Below are positions 31,364 to 38,738 of a stretch of 44,471 nt of DNA, in pieces. The notes beneath the pieces were generated by a model. The model was given only the letters and a program-made list of their open reading frames with translations, did not search any database and was not told where the DNA came from. Source of the stretch: Minisyncoccota bacterium (GTDB taxonomy: Bacteria > Patescibacteriota > Minisyncoccia > Phycocordibacterales > Phycocordibacteraceae); contig DATAJW010000032.1 in NCBI GenBank assembly GCA_036261925.1, positions 1-44,471 on the forward strand. The letters run 5' to 3'. Positions within the stretch are counted from its first letter, which is position 1. Each line of letters begins with the position of its first letter. Position numbers and translations under genes: made by a program.

Positions 31364-31774
31364 CTAGTCGGTCGCCGGGGTACGAAACGTCTTGAAGCGG
31401 AGCTTCGCGGTCTCCGCGAGCTCGAGCGCGCGTTCGCGCATGCGCGCGAGGTACGGGCGGCTCTTCTCGCGCGCGTCCGCGTAGAGGCGGGCGACCTGCT
31501 CGCGGCGCGCCGCGAGGCGCGCCTGGGCGACCTCTGCGTACGTCGCATCGTCAGGCGTCCGCTCCCGGAACGAGCCGAGATCGAGGAGCGCGAGGCCGAG
31601 CATGAACGCCGCCGCACCGACGACCAGCGCGATGAGGCTGATGACGAGCTCTACCGGGCTCATCGTGAAGTCGGCGCCGGACATGACGAAATAACCGAGC
31701 CCGACGAGCGTCAGCGCGCCGATAACGGCGAGCGGAGAACGGTATTTGCGGAAATTGGTCATGATGAAGTCCAT
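31364..31774 (-). CDS. hypothetical membrane protein (136 aa)
   Basis: Two TM helices followed by a charged helical tail. Its stop codon abuts the stop of the convergent coiled-coil gene. Confidence 0.6.
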   Translation of the reverse strand: MDFIMTNFRKYRSPLAVIGALTLVGLGYFVMSGADFTMSPVELVISLIALVVGAAAFMLGLALLDLGSFRERTPDDATYAEVAQARLAARREQVARLYADAREKSRPYLARMRERALELAETAKLRFKTFRTPATD

Positions 31775-31820
31775 AGGCGCGTTTGAAACATTATGACACG
31801 TCCTATTATATACGCAACTA

Positions 31821-32546
31821 TCAGGCGCCGGTCGGCTTCTCGAGGTACGCGGTCCAGTACTTGCGCTTGTAGAGCCTGCCGCCGACGGTCGGGTAATGGG
31901 TGGATTGCGCGAGCTCGGCTATCCTGAACCATCTACCATACCGCTCCGTGAATGTGCCTTTCGTGAAGGTCTTCTCCGCTATCTTCAGGTCGGGATGCAC
32001 GTAGCTGTCCGGGTCGGGACCGGGCGCGCGCTTGATGAGCGTCTTCGCGTTGTCGTCACCCTCCTTCGAGAGCGCCCGGACGAACGCATGGCCGCCCGGC
32101 TTCAGGACCCGGAACATCTCGGAAAGATAGGTATCCCGCGCCGCGTCCGAGAGCGAATTCGAGGAGGTGACATCGAGCACGATATCGACCGACGCATCCG
32201 GCAGCGGATACGGCGCGCCGATGTCGCGCTTCTCGTAGGTTATAGGGAGTCCCGCCTCCTGCGCGAACCCGCGCGCGAGCGCGAGCGCCGTATCCGAGAC
32301 CTCGTAGCCGATGACCTTCGCGCCCCACTCCGCGAAGTGGAAGGCGTTGCGTCCGGTCCCGGTCCCGAGGTCGAGCACCGTCATCCCGTCGAAGTCGTTC
32401 GGGAGGCCCGCCAGGCGCCATTTCCGCCGTATCCATTTCGTGAACCGCTCGATATCCGCGGACGGCCGGTTCGTACGCGACAGCATCTGGGGAGAGCGGT
32501 ATTCCGCCTCCCACGCCTGTTCCTGCGCCTGCCCGTTCCTGTCCAT
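31821..32546 (-). CDS. class I SAM-dependent methyltransferase
   Basis: Motif I VLDLGTGTGRN, acidic post-I residue (GYEVSD) and motif II-like DIVLDV. Confidence 0.85.
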   Translation of the reverse strand: MDRNGQAQEQAWEAEYRSPQMLSRTNRPSADIERFTKWIRRKWRLAGLPNDFDGMTVLDLGTGTGRNAFHFAEWGAKVIGYEVSDTALALARGFAQEAGLPITYEKRDIGAPYPLPDASVDIVLDVTSSNSLSDAARDTYLSEMFRVLKPGGHAFVRALSKEGDDNAKTLIKRAPGPDPDSYVHPDLKIAEKTFTKGTFTERYGRWFRIAELAQSTHYPTVGGRLYKRKYWTAYLEKPTGA

Positions 32547-32593
32547 AGCGCCACTCTCTCACACTCGGCGGATTAGTCATCCCCATGAGGGCA

Positions 32594-32622
32594 TTGACAT
32601 AATGGTAATATCATCCTAGGAT
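32594..32622 (+). promoter_or_regulatory. candidate promoter TTGACA-17-TAGGAT
   Basis: Consensus -35 at 32594-32599 and TAGGAT at 32617-32622, upstream of the 32652 mini-ORF. Confidence 0.45.
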
Positions 32623-32651
32623 TTATCCAGGACCGATACGGAGGAAACGAT

Positions 32652-32783
32652 ATGGCCGACACGAGAGAGACGGGACCGGCGGAGCCGGAACCCCCGGCGG
32701 CACCTGACCAGCAAGCGCAACCCGCAACGGGCTCCAGCTTCGGCAGCGAGGATCCGCAAGAGATCCTCATGTACATGGGCTAG
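32652..32783 (+). CDS. candidate small acidic, Pro-rich protein (43 aa)
   Basis: GGAGGA SD 6 nt upstream of the ATG, a promoter upstream and a terminator downstream. Sequence MADTRETGPAEPEPPAAPDQQAQPATGSSFGSEDPQEILMYMG. Below the track cutoff. Confidence 0.45.
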   Translation: MADTRETGPAEPEPPAAPDQQAQPATGSSFGSEDPQEILMYMG

Positions 32784-32799
32784 CCGCCCGCCCCCTATC

Positions 32800-32831
32800 G
32801 CCGCGCTCCCGAGTGAGCGCGGCGTTTTCTT
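32800..32831 (+). terminator. intrinsic terminator
   Basis: GCCGCGCTC / CCGAGT / GAGCGCGGC followed by GTTTTCTT. Confidence 0.65.
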
Positions 32832-33246
32832 ATCCCTTCTTCCCCGGGCACTTGCCGCACTTGCATCCCAGCGGCTTGATATGCTCGTCCACGTACTCCT
32901 TGCCGTAGTCGTAGGAAATCTCCTCGCCCGGACGAATCCTGCGCGTCGCGAGTATGAACACGCGATCCTTGTATATCTCCGTCTCCGCGTTCGGCTTGCA
33001 GGAGTGATTGATATATCCCGCCTTGTTTATCTTCGGTTTCCCGTCGATGGTCTTCCTCTTCGAGACCTCGAACAGGTACTTGCTGCGGCTCGTCCGCTCC
33101 TCCTCCTTCGATATCACGCGGCCGACGTACTCGATGATGCACGCGCCCTTCGGTATCTCGCTCCCCGCGAAGAGACCGAGGCCCGCGCTCGACCGCCCAA
33201 CCCGAAGCGAGAAATCGCCCGGCACGAATTTTCCTGTGGTTGCCAT
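32830..33246 (-). CDS. SET-domain protein (putative protein lysine methyltransferase)
   Basis: GLGLFA, the NHSCKPN pseudoknot motif, EEISYDYG and a Cys-rich post-SET tail (CKCGKCPG). Start at 33246 has TATGAT 10 nt upstream; an alternative ATG lies at 33261. Confidence 0.85.
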   Translation of the reverse strand: MATTGKFVPGDFSLRVGRSSAGLGLFAGSEIPKGACIIEYVGRVISKEEERTSRSKYLFEVSKRKTIDGKPKINKAGYINHSCKPNAETEIYKDRVFILATRRIRPGEEISYDYGKEYVDEHIKPLGCKCGKCPGKKG

Positions 33247-33308
33247 AGTAGCGAGAATCATACCGCGCAACCGCGCTCCCGAGAAGCGCGTGGTAGACTG
33301 ACGTCGTT

Positions 33309-34181
33309 ATGGATAGAAGGACGCTCGTCTTCGCACTTCCCTCCCTCGTGCTCCTCGTCGCGCTCGGCATCGTCGTTTTCCGCTACGTCGCGCTCGCCGA
33401 TGCGCAGGCGGCCCTCCAGGCCGCGAAGGCCGATGCCGACGCGTACGTGAAGGAGCTCCAGGCCGAGCTCGCCGACCGCGAGAACGACATCAGCGACCTC
33501 ACCGATGCCCTCACCGTCGAACGCAATAAGACCGGCGTCTTCGAGCGCCAGATACGCGATATCTCCGGCACCGTAGGCACGCTCGAGAAGCTCGCGAAGA
33601 CCGACCCCGAGCTTCTCGCGAAATACTCCAAGGTCTATTTCCTGAACGAGAACTATGCGCCGCCCGCGCTCGCCCGGGTCCCGGACGGGTTCGCCTACGA
33701 GCCGTCGCGGAACCTGCAGGTCCATGCGAAGATGCTCCCCTTCCTCGAAGACCTCCTCGAGGAGGCTGCCGAGGACGATATCGACCTGCAGGTCATCTCC
33801 GCCTATCGTTCGTTCGGCACCCAAGCCGCCCTCAAGTCGAGCTACATCGTTACCTACGGCGCAGGCGCCAACAGTTTCTCCGCTGACCAGGGGTACTCCG
33901 AGCACCAGCTCGGCACCACCCTCGACTTCACCACCGCGACGGTCGGCGCGACGTTCACCGGCTTCGACCAGACTCCCGCGTTCGACTGGCTCGAGCGCAA
34001 TGCGTGGAAGTACGGCTTCATACTTTCCTACCCGGCCGGGAACGGTTACTACCAATACGAGCCGTGGCACTGGCGCTTCGTCGGCGAAGACCTCGCCGAG
34101 CGCCTCCACGACGATAAGAAGGATTTCTACGACCTCGACCAGCGCACCATCGACGAGTACCTGGCATCCCTCTTCGACTAG
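33309..34181 (+). CDS. D-alanyl-D-alanine carboxypeptidase, peptidase M15B (VanY-like), membrane-anchored
   Basis: TM helix, coiled coil and an M15 zinc motif set (SAYRS, SEHQLGTTLDF, EPWHWRF). TGgTAGACT ends 9 nt before the ATG. Confidence 0.85.
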   Translation: MDRRTLVFALPSLVLLVALGIVVFRYVALADAQAALQAAKADADAYVKELQAELADRENDISDLTDALTVERNKTGVFERQIRDISGTVGTLEKLAKTDPELLAKYSKVYFLNENYAPPALARVPDGFAYEPSRNLQVHAKMLPFLEDLLEEAAEDDIDLQVISAYRSFGTQAALKSSYIVTYGAGANSFSADQGYSEHQLGTTLDFTTATVGATFTGFDQTPAFDWLERNAWKYGFILSYPAGNGYYQYEPWHWRFVGEDLAERLHDDKKDFYDLDQRTIDEYLASLFD

Positions 34182-34200
34182 GGATGCTAGACTGGGGCAT

Positions 34201-34488
34201 ATGCCTGAAGCCACGCCACTTTTCCCGAACGGTGCTCCCGAGCGTCCGCAGCGCGCACGCGCTGAAACGCCGGATCTTGATCCCGCGAAGCTCACGGCCA
34301 TCCACGATATGCGCGAGCGAATGGACAGCGAGGAGCTCCGCAAGATGAAGGACGCCATCCGTAGCTACGCCCCTGCCGACCTCGCCCAGATAGTGAACGA
34401 CCGCAGCATCGAGCAGATGCAGGCGAACCCGCTCATGAGCGTCGCCGCGCTCGAGCTCCTGCGGGAACCCGACGAGGAGAACGGATAA
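34201..34488 (+). CDS. hypothetical protein (95 aa)
   Basis: In-frame ATG at 34201 within the longer shadow ORF 33655-34488. It starts 20 nt after the vanY-like stop and is followed by a terminator. Confidence 0.5.
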   Translation: MPEATPLFPNGAPERPQRARAETPDLDPAKLTAIHDMRERMDSEELRKMKDAIRSYAPADLAQIVNDRSIEQMQANPLMSVAALELLREPDEENG

Positions 34489-34491
34489 GAG

Positions 34492-34522
34492 AAAGCCCCG
34501 CGCTTCGCGCGGGGCTTTTCTT
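34492..34522 (+). terminator. intrinsic terminator
   Basis: AAAGCCCCGCGC / loop / GCGCGGGGCTTT followed by TCTT. Confidence 0.7.
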
Positions 34523-34544
34523 GCGCGGGGCGCGCCGTCGGCGC

Positions 34545-35759
34545 CTAGCGGAGCGCCCGCCACGTACCCTTGTCCTCCCCGCCGTCTATCTTGAAGATGG
34601 CGACGCCCGCGACGCCCAGGCGCTTCGCGAGCGCGATGTGGCCCGAGAGCGCGCCCGCATCGCTCCAGGAGAGGAGGTTGAACGTGACCGGCTGGCCCGT
34701 CTCCTTCGCGTACTCCCGCGCGCCGTACGCGACCTGGAGGCCTTCCGGCGTGCCCTTCGGCGCCTTCTTGATGAGCGTGCGCTGCGAGACGCCCTTCGTC
34801 TCCCGGTCGACGAACGCGAGGCTCATCTCGCCCCAGGCGTTGCGCGCGGGAGCGATGTCGTAGTCGTCCTCCACCTCGTCCGCGTAGCCCGGGTTGAACG
34901 ACCAGAGATTCTTATAGGAATACTTCCCCTGCGGGGTCACGGTCACCGCAAGCTCCCGGCCATAGGTCGCGACGCCGATGGAGATCTTCGACTTCGGGAT
35001 ATCCTGCGCGGCCAGGTTCACCACCTTTTCCGTCCAGAGCGTATCGGCAACCGGGAAATACGGTCCCGTGCGCAGCGCATTCAGCTTCTGGTCCGCTGTC
35101 TGCTGGTCGTAGGTCATGAGCTTCACCGAATCGCAGGCGCGGCCGATGGAAGGATAGTCGTTCGCGAACATGTAGGCGGTCGCGGGCGGGGCCGTGGTAT
35201 AGCGGTCCGGCACCGGCGTGCGCGCCTCTATCGTGCAGGAGAGCTCCTTGCCCTTGAGCGCGACCTTCAGCTCCGTGAGGAAGAGCGAGAAATAGTCCTT
35301 CGTCTCCGCGAGCTTGCCCTCGTAGTCGATATCGATGCCGTCGTACTTCCCGTCCTCGACGAGCTTCACGATCTCCTTGATGTGCGCGGCGCGGAGCTGC
35401 GGGTTCGAGAGCGTGCGGTGTATCGCGTTCCCGTCGCTCCACATGAGCGTCGGCACGATGGCTACGTTGTTCTTATCGGCCGCGCGTACGAGCGACTTCC
35501 AGTACGAGGCCTTCATATCCGCGTTGTCCCTTATGGCGCCCGTCGACAGGACCGAATAGGTGAACGGGTTCAGCTCCGTGAACGCCTTGATGTTCTTGCG
35601 CGCGTCCGCGGCGCCCTTCTTCGCCTGCCAGTACGGTATCCAGCCGGATACCTCGAAGGGAGCCGCATGCGTGAGCGGCGCGAAATTCATGAAGACGACG
35701 GCAGCGATGAGAGCCGTCGTCGCGATGCGGGGGAAGAGTGAAGCCAAGGTACGTATCAT
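34545..35759 (-). CDS. glycoside hydrolase family 18 domain protein (secreted)
   Basis: Signal/anchor sequence, then the GH18 catalytic motif DGIDIDYE (DxxDxDxE). Start at MIRTLAS (35759) with TGgTATACT ending 8 nt upstream; the track start at 35777 is a TTG. Confidence 0.8.
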   Translation of the reverse strand: MIRTLASLFPRIATTALIAAVVFMNFAPLTHAAPFEVSGWIPYWQAKKGAADARKNIKAFTELNPFTYSVLSTGAIRDNADMKASYWKSLVRAADKNNVAIVPTLMWSDGNAIHRTLSNPQLRAAHIKEIVKLVEDGKYDGIDIDYEGKLAETKDYFSLFLTELKVALKGKELSCTIEARTPVPDRYTTAPPATAYMFANDYPSIGRACDSVKLMTYDQQTADQKLNALRTGPYFPVADTLWTEKVVNLAAQDIPKSKISIGVATYGRELAVTVTPQGKYSYKNLWSFNPGYADEVEDDYDIAPARNAWGEMSLAFVDRETKGVSQRTLIKKAPKGTPEGLQVAYGAREYAKETGQPVTFNLLSWSDAGALSGHIALAKRLGVAGVAIFKIDGGEDKGTWRALR

Positions 35760-35773
35760 TAGTAGGGAGTATA

Positions 35774-35821
35774 CCAAAATAGACGAACGCCGCCGCAGTA
35801 TATTACTGCGGCGGCGTTCGT
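35774..35821 (-). terminator. intrinsic terminator after the 3D-domain gene
   Basis: 18-bp perfect stem ACGAACGCCGCCGCAGTA / TAT / TACTGCGGCGGCGTTCGT. On the minus strand it is followed by CTATTTTGG. Confidence 0.75.
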
Positions 35822-35861
35822 TGCGTGCTTTTCTAGGCCCTTGTAGCTATGCTAGATCTTT

Positions 35862-36470
35862 CTAGCGCAGGGCAAGCGACGGTTCCTCGAACATGGAGGC
35901 GAGTTCCGCCTGCGTGTCGGGGATAGCGGAGATATCTATCTTCCCCACTACCGTCACCGTAACCTGATCGCATACTCCAAGCGCGTAGCTGGGGTTGACC
36001 TGTCGCGCACCTATCGGAACCGTATCCGCCTGGTCGAACAAGACATCGATCTTGTGGGTCCAGCGTGGATGCATGGTGTCCGCGATAACGCGATAGCCGA
36101 TCAGGTGTTCCACCGTGCTGAACTGGCAGCGCGGCGTGTCCGCGACCGAACGCTCTATCTTGATCACGGTGCCGAACGGGAGTTCGGCGCCGAGATCCTG
36201 GGAGCGCGCGGCAACGACCTCGGGGTTCGAATACGCACCGCTTGCGGTGGTGAACGGATCGCCGTCGGTCTGCGCGGGGACTGCGTTGTAGGCAGTCATG
36301 CTTACCGTGTAACTTTGGGTCGCTTCCGCAAGGGTCGCGACCTTCGTATAGGAAGGGTCGCTATCCTCGCTTGCTGCCACCGGCTCGCTAGTTACTTGTG
36401 CGTGCGCGGGAGCCCCAACGTTGCCCGGTAAAAGGAAAATCGCCATTACGGCGAGTAAAGCAAATTGCAT
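35862..36470 (-). CDS. 3D-domain (RlpA/MltA-like double-psi beta-barrel) cell-wall protein
   Basis: Signal peptide, then MTAYNAVPAQTDGDPFTTASG ... VIADTMHPRW ... IDVLF, typical of 3D domains. Start taken at MQFALL (36470). Confidence 0.75.
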   Translation of the reverse strand: MQFALLAVMAIFLLPGNVGAPAHAQVTSEPVAASEDSDPSYTKVATLAEATQSYTVSMTAYNAVPAQTDGDPFTTASGAYSNPEVVAARSQDLGAELPFGTVIKIERSVADTPRCQFSTVEHLIGYRVIADTMHPRWTHKIDVLFDQADTVPIGARQVNPSYALGVCDQVTVTVVGKIDISAIPDTQAELASMFEEPSLALR

Positions 36471-36505
36471 AGTCACAAGACGTCCGAAAACAGCCTTGTA
36501 AGGCC

Positions 36506-36534
36506 ATACTAGCACGTTTGACAACGCTTGTCAA
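36506..36534 (-). promoter_or_regulatory. consensus-like promoter TTGACA-17-TAGTAT
   Basis: Minus strand: TTGACA (36534-36529), 17-nt spacer, TAGTAT (36511-36506), upstream of the 3D-domain gene. Confidence 0.65.
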
Positions 36535-36615
36535 GAGTGGTGGAGCGATTCGGGCCCTTCACCGGAGGCTCATTTTCCTGCTGTCAAGCCCTCGTTTTCC
36601 CTGGTCATTTCTGCT

Positions 36616-36921
36616 ATGATATGGCGTAACAAGGCCATGAAAAACCGCAAACGGAAGCTCTGGTTCTCCGCGAAGAAGTACGGCTGGGGATGGTACCCAA
36701 TCACCTGGGAGGGATGGCTCATCACCCTCCTCTATATGGTGCTTTTCATCGGCTCCGCCTTCCTTTTCGGCGTTCTTGCCCCCGCAGCGGTAGCGAGCGG
36801 CGGCTCGATACTCGCCGGGACCGTCCTCCTCGGCTCCTTCATGCTCCTTCTCACCGCTTCCCTCCTCTGGCTCTGCTACCGCTATGGCGAGGAACCCCGC
36901 TGGCGCTGGGGAAAGGATTAA
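36616..36921 (+). CDS. hypothetical membrane protein (101 aa)
   Basis: Basic N-terminus, then two TM helices (WLITLLYMVLFIGSAFLFGVL, GTVLLGSFMLLLTASLLWL). An alternative start lies at 36637. Confidence 0.55.
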   Translation: MIWRNKAMKNRKRKLWFSAKKYGWGWYPITWEGWLITLLYMVLFIGSAFLFGVLAPAAVASGGSILAGTVLLGSFMLLLTASLLWLCYRYGEEPRWRWGKD

Positions 36922-37826
36922 TCCGTCCCTGCGTACGCCTGCTCGAGCTTCGCGAGGTCGAACTTCTTCATCTTCAGGAACGCCTGCGTCACCCGACCTA
37001 TCTGCTCCGGCGTACCCTCCCGCATCATTTCGTCCATGCGCGTCGGCGTGATCTGCCAGGACACCCCATACTGGTCCTTGACCCAGCCGCATTGCTCCGA
37101 TTCCGGATGCGCCGAGAGCTTCTCCGTGTAGTAGTCGATCTCTTCCTGCGAATTACAGCGCACCATGAGCGAAATCGCCTCCGTGAAGCCGAACTCGTGC
37201 TGGTACGCGCTGTCCATCGCCGTGAACCATTGCCCGGCAAGCTCGAAATCGCTGAACATGACCGTCCCCTCCTTATCGGGCTCCCTGCCCGCCGGGTACC
37301 GGACGAGCGTGCCCCGCTTCGCGTCCTTGAATACCGAGATATAGAAATCCCCCGCTTCTTCCGCCTTTCCGCACACGTCGCCCACGAAGAGCAGCGAGGG
37401 GATAATGAACGGGCGTTCCTCCCCTTCGGGATTCGTGAGCATGAGCTGCCACGTCACCCCATACTTGTCCGCTATCCACCCGAACAGCGGGCTGAACGGA
37501 TACGTATCGAGCGGCATGAGCGCTTTCCCGCCCTCCGATAGCTTCTCCCAGAGCGCACGCAGCCGTTCCTCCGCCCGTTCGTCCTTCGACGGGTCGAAGT
37601 TGAGCATGAACGATATCGCCGGATTCATCTTGAAGTACGGGCCTGCGCTGATAGCCATGAACGAATACCCCGAGAGATCGAACGTGACCGTCTCGGCATC
37701 GCCCGACGGCGTGTCGTGTAGTACGCGAGAATCGGTAATGCGTGAATCGGGAAAGAGCGAAACATAGAACTCGGCAGCTTCCTTAGCCTGCGTGTCGAAC
37801 CAGAGGTGCGGGATGATCTTTTGCAT
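36918..37826 (-). CDS. tandem VOC/PhnB-like (3-demethylubiquinone-9 3-methyltransferase domain family) protein
   Basis: Two repeats of the IxPxLWF...AxEAxxFYxxxF pattern (IIPHLWFDTQAKEAAEFYVSLF; IIPSLLFVGDVCGKAEEAGDFYISVF). Confidence 0.78.
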   Translation of the reverse strand: MQKIIPHLWFDTQAKEAAEFYVSLFPDSRITDSRVLHDTPSGDAETVTFDLSGYSFMAISAGPYFKMNPAISFMLNFDPSKDERAEERLRALWEKLSEGGKALMPLDTYPFSPLFGWIADKYGVTWQLMLTNPEGEERPFIIPSLLFVGDVCGKAEEAGDFYISVFKDAKRGTLVRYPAGREPDKEGTVMFSDFELAGQWFTAMDSAYQHEFGFTEAISLMVRCNSQEEIDYYTEKLSAHPESEQCGWVKDQYGVSWQITPTRMDEMMREGTPEQIGRVTQAFLKMKKFDLAKLEQAYAGTD

Positions 37827-37829
37827 ACA

Positions 37830-38030
37830 GAAACCCTAGCATATTCATAGAAATAGATGATGAAGCGCTTACCTTAAGTCCAGGTTTTCAATATTTTTAT
37901 TTGAATTTTTCTGTTCCTTACGAACTTATGGTTATACATATGAACCAACCAAAAATATCTCATATTGTATTTGTGCTGATATCAGTCTTTATTGCTATGA
38001 CTTTCTTTTCGAGCATCGTCCAAAATTAAA
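37830..38030. other. about 200 bp AT-rich island in an otherwise GC-rich window
   Basis: Visible compositional break (runs such as TTTTCAATATTTTTATTTGAATTTTT) between the VOC gene start and the terminator of the upstream gene. Confidence 0.85.
37940..38029 (+). CDS. speculative hydrophobic mini-ORF (29 aa; 33 aa if started at 37928)
   Basis: MNQPKISHIVFVLISVFIAMTFFSSIVQN, a single TM-like helix. No SD. The frame could be open by chance in AT-rich DNA. Confidence 0.2.
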   Translation: MNQPKISHIVFVLISVFIAMTFFSSIVQN

Positions 38031-38064
38031 TAATAGCCCCGCAACCACTGAAGGTTACGGGGCT
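38021..38064 (-). terminator. intrinsic terminator after the 38101-38619 gene
   Basis: AGCCCCG-c-AACC / ACTGAA / GGTT-a-CGGGGCT (38035-38064). On the minus strand it is followed by ATTATTTAATTTTG. Confidence 0.7.
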
Positions 38065-38100
38065 TTGGTTAAGGCGTTGGCTCCGATGCGGCCGGACGCC

Positions 38101-38619
38101 CTAGTGGGCGGTCGGCTGCGGCTGCCGTATGTCCAGGTAGAGCATGCGCGACCAGTTGTCCCAGGGCGCATCGATCCTGCTGCGGAAGCAGCCGGGGATG
38201 CCGGTGAGGTCGAGGCAGCTGCCGACGAATCCTGGGTGACCAGGGCTCGGCTGGCGCAGGATGGTATCGAAGAAGTGGAGCTTCAGGCCGCGGAAGTGCT
38301 CCGGGATGAGCTCCCGATGGCAGTCGAGCGCGAGCGCGATTGCCGTGGGAACAGGCGTCCGGGAGCATTCCACGAGCAGCATGCATGCGTCATACAGATC
38401 GTCGAGCTTCGGTTCGGGCACAGGCGGCTCGAAGACCGAGACCGCATGGCCGTTCAGGAAGAGCGTCTTGCCGACGCGTTCCAGGGCGACGATGAGCTCC
38501 ACCGGCGCCGATTCGGCGTTCCCGTCCCGGTACCGGTGCGGTGTGGCGTATTCGGACAGGTCGATGAAGCGTTTGACCGTTTCCTCGTGATTATCGTTGA
38601 CGGCGAATGCCGGAAGCAT
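38101..38619 (-). CDS. hypothetical protein (172 aa) downstream of nrdAB
   Basis: AAGGA SD before the ATG at 38619 (the ORF is open to 38697, across the nrdB terminator). No motif recognised. Confidence 0.55.
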   Translation of the reverse strand: MLPAFAVNDNHEETVKRFIDLSEYATPHRYRDGNAESAPVELIVALERVGKTLFLNGHAVSVFEPPVPEPKLDDLYDACMLLVECSRTPVPTAIALALDCHRELIPEHFRGLKLHFFDTILRQPSPGHPGFVGSCLDLTGIPGCFRSRIDAPWDNWSRMLYLDIRQPQPTAH

Positions 38620-38667
38620 GGCGATTCCTTTCTCGGGCGATGCAGAAAGAGCGTTCGGGAATAGAAT

Positions 38668-38714
38668 GCCATAAAAATAGAATGAATCAAGCCGCATACG
38701 CGGCTTGATTCATT
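38668..38714 (-). terminator. intrinsic terminator after nrdB
   Basis: 15-bp stem AATGAATCAAGCCGC / ATAC / GCGGCTTGATTCATT. On the minus strand it is followed by CTATTTTTATGG. Confidence 0.8.
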
Positions 38715-38738
38715 GCTGCTGCGTACGGGAGCGCTTCC

